Source: Cardiobacteriaceae bacterium
GTDB taxonomy: Bacteria; Pseudomonadota; Gammaproteobacteria; Cardiobacteriales; Cardiobacteriaceae
Assembly: GCA_030527905.1 (NCBI GenBank)
Contig: JAUMZX010000001.1
Location: 1-39,792, forward strand
Length of the DNA stretch: 39,792 nucleotides
Reading direction: 5' to 3'
In this document: piece after piece, positions 34,871-39,792 of the stretch
Layout of the letters: each line of letters begins with the position of its first letter
How positions within the stretch are numbered: position 1 is the first letter of the stretch
Notes under the pieces: generated by a model
The model's database searches: none
What the model saw: the letters and a program-made list of their open reading frames with translations, nothing else
What the model was told of the DNA's origin: nothing
Position numbers and translations under genes: made by a program

Positions 34871-36090
34871 AGATAATGCTTGACGGAAACTCGGTAATGT
34901 TATGTGGCGAGGGTGGATCTGGGAAATCTTTTACCCTCCGCCAGTTTATCGAGCGCAATCGTTTATTAGGGAGAAAGACGGCGGTTACAGCTACAACAGG
35001 GCTGGCCGCCTCCCACCTTAATGGGCAGACACTCCATAGCTGGGCGCGGGTTGGTCTAGGCAAAGAACTGCCAGATGATTGGCAATTTACCATTAGTAAG
35101 AAAAAGCGCAAAGAATTTCAGACTACCGCCACCCTCGTGATAGATGAAGTTAGTATGATGCCAGACTTTGTATTCGACATGTTAGACACTGTACTAAGAT
35201 GGGCTCGTAACGATAGCCGCCCATTTGGCGGGATACAGCTCGTCTTATGCGGTGATTTCTACCAGCTACCACCAGTTGAGGGCAAGTTTATTACCAATAG
35301 TAAGGTCTGGAACGAGCTAAATATCAGGGGCTGCTACCTTACTAAGGTATATCGACAAAAGGATGATCGATTACGTGACCTATTAGCTGGAGTCCGCGGA
35401 GGTAATCTCTTTAAGCGCCATATAGCTTATATCCAAAGCAGAATGGTTAAACCTGATTACCAAGTACCGCGGCTGTATTCCCTTAATAGGAAGGTAGACA
35501 GCGAAAACGCCCACCAGTTGGGGAAGCTTAAGGGTGACTCTATCTTTTACATGATGACCGAGAAAGGTGATATTAATATCATTAACGGGCTAAAGGGATC
35601 AATACAAAGCCCTGAGTTGCTTGAGCTAAAAGTCGGCGCGCCTGTTATTGCCACCAAGAACAACAGCGAGGGATTGTACCATAACGGCTCACTCGGTAAG
35701 GTTATTGCATTAGAGGATGGGCTACCAGTTGTAGACTTTCACGGTAATGAGGTTATCGTCAACCCCGACACGTGGGAAGTAAGCAATGAAGGTGTTACGC
35801 TTGGTGCAGTTACTCAAATACCGTTAAGGCTTGCATACGCTATCACAGTGCATAAAAGCCAGGGGATGACATTAGATGCCGCGGAGATTGACTTAGCTGA
35901 GGCGTTTGTGCCGGGTCAAGGATACGTCGCACTGAGCCGTGTCGTCTCTTTAGATGGTCTATACATTAAAGGGGTAAATAAGATGGCCTTCCGGATGTCG
36001 GATGAAGCGCGAATGATCGATGAAGTGTTGCAAAAGTCAAGCAAAGAAAAAACCCCGCCAAGAATGACGGGGCGAAAGAGAGAGGAGTGA
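34849..36090 (+). CDS. PIF1-family (SF1B) DNA helicase
   Basis: GEGGSGKS, TATTGLAA, TLHSW, IDEVSM, PFGGIQLVLCGDFYQLPPV, RQKD, QIPLRLAYAITVHKSQGMTLD, GQGYVALSR. Confidence 0.96.
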   Translation: MEQEEALEIMLDGNSVMLCGEGGSGKSFTLRQFIERNRLLGRKTAVTATTGLAASHLNGQTLHSWARVGLGKELPDDWQFTISKKKRKEFQTTATLVIDEVSMMPDFVFDMLDTVLRWARNDSRPFGGIQLVLCGDFYQLPPVEGKFITNSKVWNELNIRGCYLTKVYRQKDDRLRDLLAGVRGGNLFKRHIAYIQSRMVKPDYQVPRLYSLNRKVDSENAHQLGKLKGDSIFYMMTEKGDINIINGLKGSIQSPELLELKVGAPVIATKNNSEGLYHNGSLGKVIALEDGLPVVDFHGNEVIVNPDTWEVSNEGVTLGAVTQIPLRLAYAITVHKSQGMTLDAAEIDLAEAFVPGQGYVALSRVVSLDGLYIKGVNKMAFRMSDEARMIDEVLQKSSKEKTPPRMTGRKREE

Positions 36091-36139
36091 GGCCTCACTA
36101 GCAATATAGCATGTTGTAAATAATACACGACACTGGGGG

Positions 36140-36168
36140 TTGACCTATATATTGCTAGGGTGTATACT
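36140..36168 (+). promoter_or_regulatory. Sigma70-type promoter, probably giving a leaderless mRNA
   Basis: TTGACC-17 nt-TATACT; ATG begins 7 nt after the -10 with no RBS. Confidence 0.75.
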
Positions 36169-36174
36169 GAAAAC

Positions 36175-37320
36175 ATGAAGGAATTTAATTACTACAGCAA
36201 GATTGTTGGCACAACATTTGAGAACCGCCAAGATATTATTGCGCACCTTGAAGGCGACGAGAACCTCCGGGTTAGGCGAGAGCCTGAAAACCAATATGAT
36301 CCACGGGCAGTTGCGGTGGACGTAGACATTAAAGGCAAATGGTATCCAGTTGGGTATATTGCCAAAGATAAGAACAAAGACATCGCCGAAGCCTTAGACG
36401 CTGGCCGTGACATAGAAATAAAGCTGTCGGAAGTTACCGGCGGCGATAAGGGCAAGAATCTAGGCATGAATATTTCCCTTAAATACGAGAAAGAGGTATC
36501 TGAACCCATCTCTGACGCTACGAACGATCCTGTAGCCTCTCAAACACCTCAGAGTGTAAATTTGAATAACCCTACCGTGTACAAATCTAAGATACTTGGG
36601 CGGGAGATTGAAGTAGGCGTCTATAACGGCCATATCTATCTGCCGCATTACATGTCGGGTAGTCGCTTCCCCTGTAAGTTTTTTAAGCAGTTCACCGATG
36701 AAGACAAAGAGCGTGTGCTTGGCTACTACGAGCGAGAGAAGGGTGTTGAGCGCGAGGATGTAGAGAAAACCTGGGAGATGAAGGCTGATATTTCTAGGGG
36801 TTACGGTACTGCAGTTCACGCAGCGGTAGAGTTATACTACAATCACCATAAAGTTGGCGACAAGATTAAGGGCAAAGACGGGATTAATAAAGCATTCAGC
36901 AAAAACCCATTCTTCGCTCACATTGTTAAATCTCTTGTTGAAGACCTTGGGCCTGGTAAGTTTATTGCTGAGGAGTTTATCTGGCACGAAGGACTGCGCT
37001 TCTGCGGGGCTATCGATATACTGGAGGTTGTCGATAAGAATACGGTGATCATTCACGACGAAAAAACCAATGACTCTGTATTGAAGAAGGTTTACCAAGA
37101 AAAAGACAGTCCATTTAAGAAAGATGTCGACAACACTCAGCTCGGTGAGTACTGGCTACAGCTATCCTTCTATGCTTACATTCTTAAGCAGTACGGGATT
37201 AATACAAAGGAGCTGCAAATTCACCATCTAGACCCCGAGCGGCTGGTTCAAGGCAAACGGCCATGGGTACATTACAAGCACGATGTCGTTGATATATCTA
37301 AAGCATTAAAGGAGGATTAA
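36175..37320 (+). CDS. HIRAN domain plus PD-(D/E)XK exonuclease fusion
   Basis: KIVGTTF...RREPENQYDPRAVAV...VGYI (HIRAN); GTAVH, GAID, IHDEKT, YWLQLSFYA (RecB-like nuclease). Confidence 0.88.
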   Translation: MKEFNYYSKIVGTTFENRQDIIAHLEGDENLRVRREPENQYDPRAVAVDVDIKGKWYPVGYIAKDKNKDIAEALDAGRDIEIKLSEVTGGDKGKNLGMNISLKYEKEVSEPISDATNDPVASQTPQSVNLNNPTVYKSKILGREIEVGVYNGHIYLPHYMSGSRFPCKFFKQFTDEDKERVLGYYEREKGVEREDVEKTWEMKADISRGYGTAVHAAVELYYNHHKVGDKIKGKDGINKAFSKNPFFAHIVKSLVEDLGPGKFIAEEFIWHEGLRFCGAIDILEVVDKNTVIIHDEKTNDSVLKKVYQEKDSPFKKDVDNTQLGEYWLQLSFYAYILKQYGINTKELQIHHLDPERLVQGKRPWVHYKHDVVDISKALKED

Positions 37321-37626
37321 ATGCTGGGGAAGTACAAACTGTTAAACGCTAAGCTAAAAGCGACCGACAAAACGGTAGACAAGTTGCTAGATGCCAACAA
37401 AAATGCTTGGGATCAGCTCGATGCCAACAAAAGAGAGTTGAAAGACTTGCGGAAGGGGTTTAATAATATCGGTGACTGGATGCAGGACATTGACGACATC
37501 CAAATGCTCCATACAGTAGCGATTGACGAGCTGCGAGATAACGTCGCATTGATTTTAGATCACTTAGGGGTTGAAGTCGTTCAGCCTAGTGATAAGCCAA
37601 CAATTAAAAAGAAAGGGGGCAAATAA
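37321..37626 (+). CDS. Coiled-coil hypothetical protein
   Basis: RBS AAGGAGG. Confidence 0.78.
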   Translation: MLGKYKLLNAKLKATDKTVDKLLDANKNAWDQLDANKRELKDLRKGFNNIGDWMQDIDDIQMLHTVAIDELRDNVALILDHLGVEVVQPSDKPTIKKKGGK

Positions 37627-38049
37627 ATGGCACAAGATTGGCTAGTAATAGACGCGTTTCAGGGGAAGGATCGCGACACTAAGCAAATTACTGTTAAAGA
37701 ATTTAACGGTAATCAGTTCCACGTTTATATGGTAAAGGTGCAGAACCAGCCAGTAGAAGGATGGATGCAGATACTTAAGAAGCCGGGTAATGCAGTCAAC
37801 AAGGGAGATTACCTGTATGGCGACGTAATCAAGAACCAGTGGGGTAAGGCGCAGTTTAAGAAGGCACAGAAGCCGTTTGGTCACCAAGCGCCGCAGCAAC
37901 AGTCAACAACTGACGACGCTAAATACAAGGCGCTTGAGGACCGTGTAACAGCATTGGAGGCTAAGTTTGATAACCTCGCCCGGTTTCAGGGCAATGTCGC
38001 CACAGACCCGGGAGAAAGTGCTCCAGACCTTACAAACATTGATTACTAG
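37627..38049 (+). CDS. Putative ssDNA-binding protein
   Basis: Beta-rich aromatic N-terminus, Gln linker, acidic tail ending IDY; replication context. Confidence 0.55.
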   Translation: MAQDWLVIDAFQGKDRDTKQITVKEFNGNQFHVYMVKVQNQPVEGWMQILKKPGNAVNKGDYLYGDVIKNQWGKAQFKKAQKPFGHQAPQQQSTTDDAKYKALEDRVTALEAKFDNLARFQGNVATDPGESAPDLTNIDY

Positions 38050-38054
38050 TTAAG

Positions 38055-38483
38055 ATGATAGATTACCAGAAAATTATTCAGAACATTATGTTCATCAATG
38101 AAAAGTTTTCTGATGCACAATGGGTTAAAGCACAAGGGGCGGATGTACTTAGTTATACCGCCCTTAAACTTTCTGCAATGAAAGGCTACCTCGCTGAATT
38201 TAAAGAGGATGCCTTGCGCAACCTATTAAAGGCAGAACGTGAGATGGAAACGGAAAAATCGCGGGCATTCTTAAGGGCTCGAGAGAAGTTCCCAGTAACC
38301 GCCGCATCAGAAGCTAAGCACGCAGATGAACAATATATTAAAAGTAAAGAAGTGTACGCGGAGGCTAAAGTATTATATGAGCGACTCAAGTCAATCTCGG
38401 CAGACACACACGACTTCATCGACGCGATCAAAGGCCGCACGATTGAGCTACAGTCGCAGAGGAAGACCGAAGCGAATCTCTAG
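38055..38483 (+). CDS. Helical protein, possibly UvsY-like recombination mediator
   Basis: Long coiled-coil pattern with TAASEAKHADEQY; function inferred from context. Confidence 0.5.
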   Translation: MIDYQKIIQNIMFINEKFSDAQWVKAQGADVLSYTALKLSAMKGYLAEFKEDALRNLLKAEREMETEKSRAFLRAREKFPVTAASEAKHADEQYIKSKEVYAEAKVLYERLKSISADTHDFIDAIKGRTIELQSQRKTEANL

Positions 38484-38544
38484 GTTCAAGCCGGCCAAGC
38501 TAGAGTGCTCACCAGCTGCCCTAGCGCTCCAGAAGTGGGGCAGA

Positions 38545-38727
38545 ATGAAAGGTGCACGGTTAAGGGGTGTACTATCACACGCTCGCGGTAGAGGCCGTAC
38601 GTTTAGCCAAGAGGATAGGCTCAATGGTAATAGAGCCTCAGTAGCTAGTAGAGAGAAGCGCAAAGCCGAGAAACTGAAGAAGCAACAGGCGCTAGATAGG
38701 ATGCTAGATGATATCTTACAAGATTAA
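38545..38727 (+). CDS. Small basic protein (start uncertain)
   Basis: Fills the gap between flanking genes; Arg/Lys-rich. Confidence 0.5.
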   Translation: MKGARLRGVLSHARGRGRTFSQEDRLNGNRASVASREKRKAEKLKKQQALDRMLDDILQD

Positions 38728-39067
38728 TGGCAATTTCGCAAAGCTTAATGAGCACGATAACGCCAACCGAGTGAACAGGTTCGCAGGCGCCGCACTTAAA
38801 AAGAAGATGAACGAGTTAGTGTCTTCACAGGTAGAGGGTAAACCGGTAGTAGAGAAGCCTTGCAGAATTAAGTTTACTTGGTACTACTCAGGACGCCACG
38901 ACTTTGACAATATACGGTTTGGGTGCAAGTACGTATTAGACGGGATGCAACATGCAGGCGTACTACCTAACGATAACCAGTCATGGGTCAAGGGGTTTGA
39001 TGGGGATGATTTCATTAAAGTAGACAAGGGTCAGGAGGGTGTGCTTGTCGAAGTTAGATACATTTAA
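38708..39067 (+). CDS. RusA-like Holliday junction resolvase
   Basis: RHDFDNI...KYVLDGM..AGVLPNDN..WV motif. Confidence 0.85.
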   Translation: MISYKINGNFAKLNEHDNANRVNRFAGAALKKKMNELVSSQVEGKPVVEKPCRIKFTWYYSGRHDFDNIRFGCKYVLDGMQHAGVLPNDNQSWVKGFDGDDFIKVDKGQEGVLVEVRYI

Positions 39068-39362
39068 TCCTGATAATTATATGGATAGCGAGTCGGCGTG
39101 GCTTGCTTTTCGTCGTTACTGGCTAGAGGATAATCCACCACTTGATAATGGCTGCTACTTATGCGGGATATGCAATAAGTTTGTGCCATTAAATGAGGTC
39201 ACACTAGACCATATACAACCCCGTGAGGCGTCTAACACGTATGATCAGCTTAATATACAGCCGGCCCATGGTGGCTGCAACTATCGCAAGGGTAGTAAGA
39301 GGTGGAATCCGCTCGTATCACAGGAGACGCGGGATTTCTTACGGGCTTTATCTGGCATGTAG
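39039..39362 (+). CDS. HNH endonuclease
   Basis: CGIC...TLDHIQP...NIQPAHGGCNYRKG. Confidence 0.9.
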   Translation: MCLSKLDTFNPDNYMDSESAWLAFRRYWLEDNPPLDNGCYLCGICNKFVPLNEVTLDHIQPREASNTYDQLNIQPAHGGCNYRKGSKRWNPLVSQETRDFLRALSGM

Positions 39363-39434
39363 ATGTTGTAAATTCTACGCTAGACAATCCAGTTCGGTTG
39401 GTGTAGTATACTGACTAGGAAGGAGAAATGATAT

Positions 39435-39524
39435 ATGAGTAAGATCGGACAAAAGGTAGTTGAACTTTTAGGGCAAGGCTACACAATGGAAGAGATTACG
39501 GAATACCAGGGCGCTGAGCAATAG
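39435..39524 (+). CDS. Small protein (29 aa)
   Basis: RBS AAGGAG; MSKIGQKVVELLGQGYTMEEITEYQGAEQ; promoter-like TAGACA-17 nt-TAGTAT at 39381-39409. Confidence 0.5.
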   Translation: MSKIGQKVVELLGQGYTMEEITEYQGAEQ

Positions 39525-39570
39525 ACACGCGCGTGGGATTATCCTTCAAAGAACTTAAATAGGAGGTTAT

Positions 39571-39792
39571 ATTAGTAAAAACCTAGTAACGAAAGCGAAG
39601 GAGCTAGCTTTACCAGCTGCTATACTCGCGCTGGTCGTGTTGAACATTATCGCACTTAACGCGAACCATAATGTAAAACAAGCCCTAGTCCGCCAGGAGG
39701 CAAAGACTAATACAACGAAAAATGCGCTGATAGGCACCTCAAAGGCCGTAGAATCGCTCAAAAAAGAGAAGACGACCATTGAGTCATCTTTG
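39571..39792 (+). CDS. N-terminal part of the lytic transglycosylase (ATT start, TM anchor); continues at 53
   Basis: AGGAGG at 39561-39566 then ATT; (M)SKNLVTKAKELALPAAILALVVLNIIAL...; in frame with 53..532. Confidence 0.75.
   Translation, partial: MSKNLVTKAKELALPAAILALVVLNIIALNANHNVKQALVRQEAKTNTTKNALIGTSKAVESLKKEKTTIESSL
39738..39792. repeat. Terminal 55-nt direct repeat, right copy
   Basis: Identical to 1-55. Confidence 0.97.

Noticed and set aside
39738-39792. Biological direct terminal repeat
   Set aside because: Exactly 55 nt and in the middle of a gene; best explained as assembler overlap on a circular contig.

Overview
The window is a complete circular dsDNA phage genome of 39,737 bp; bases 1-55 recur exactly at 39738-39792, an assembly overlap. 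The virion genes look podovirus-like (P22-type). Minus-strand arm (25012 to 3193): terminase small and large subunits, portal, scaffold, major capsid, fibre/collar genes, adaptor, nozzle, internal (ejection) proteins and a lysis cassette with a CHAP/DUF4214-like endolysin and a holin. Plus-strand arm (about 27590 across the junction to 3163): many small early genes, a truncated beta-clamp-like protein, WhiB, PIF1 helicase, a HIRAN-nuclease fusion, SSB-like, RusA-like, HNH, a membrane-anchored lytic transglycosylase and a DEDD exonuclease. The arms meet at a bidirectional terminator. I recognised no integrase, DNA polymerase, primase, tRNA or CRISPR array. Several genes suggest, by inference only, a Saccharibacteria (TM7/CPR) host. 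The strongest signals are non-coding: (1) a ~700-800 nt ORF-free minus-strand unit (~27383 to 26575) with its own promoter and terminator that folds into many nested helices and pseudoknots, i.e. a large ornate ncRNA; (2) a second ~280 nt pseudoknotted RNA at 533-815; (3) a cluster of 11-6-11 dif/Xer-like sites at 25352-25623 with no phage recombinase; (4) an origin-like region with GNA-triloop hairpins at 30090-30770. All calls were made by eye, without database searches.
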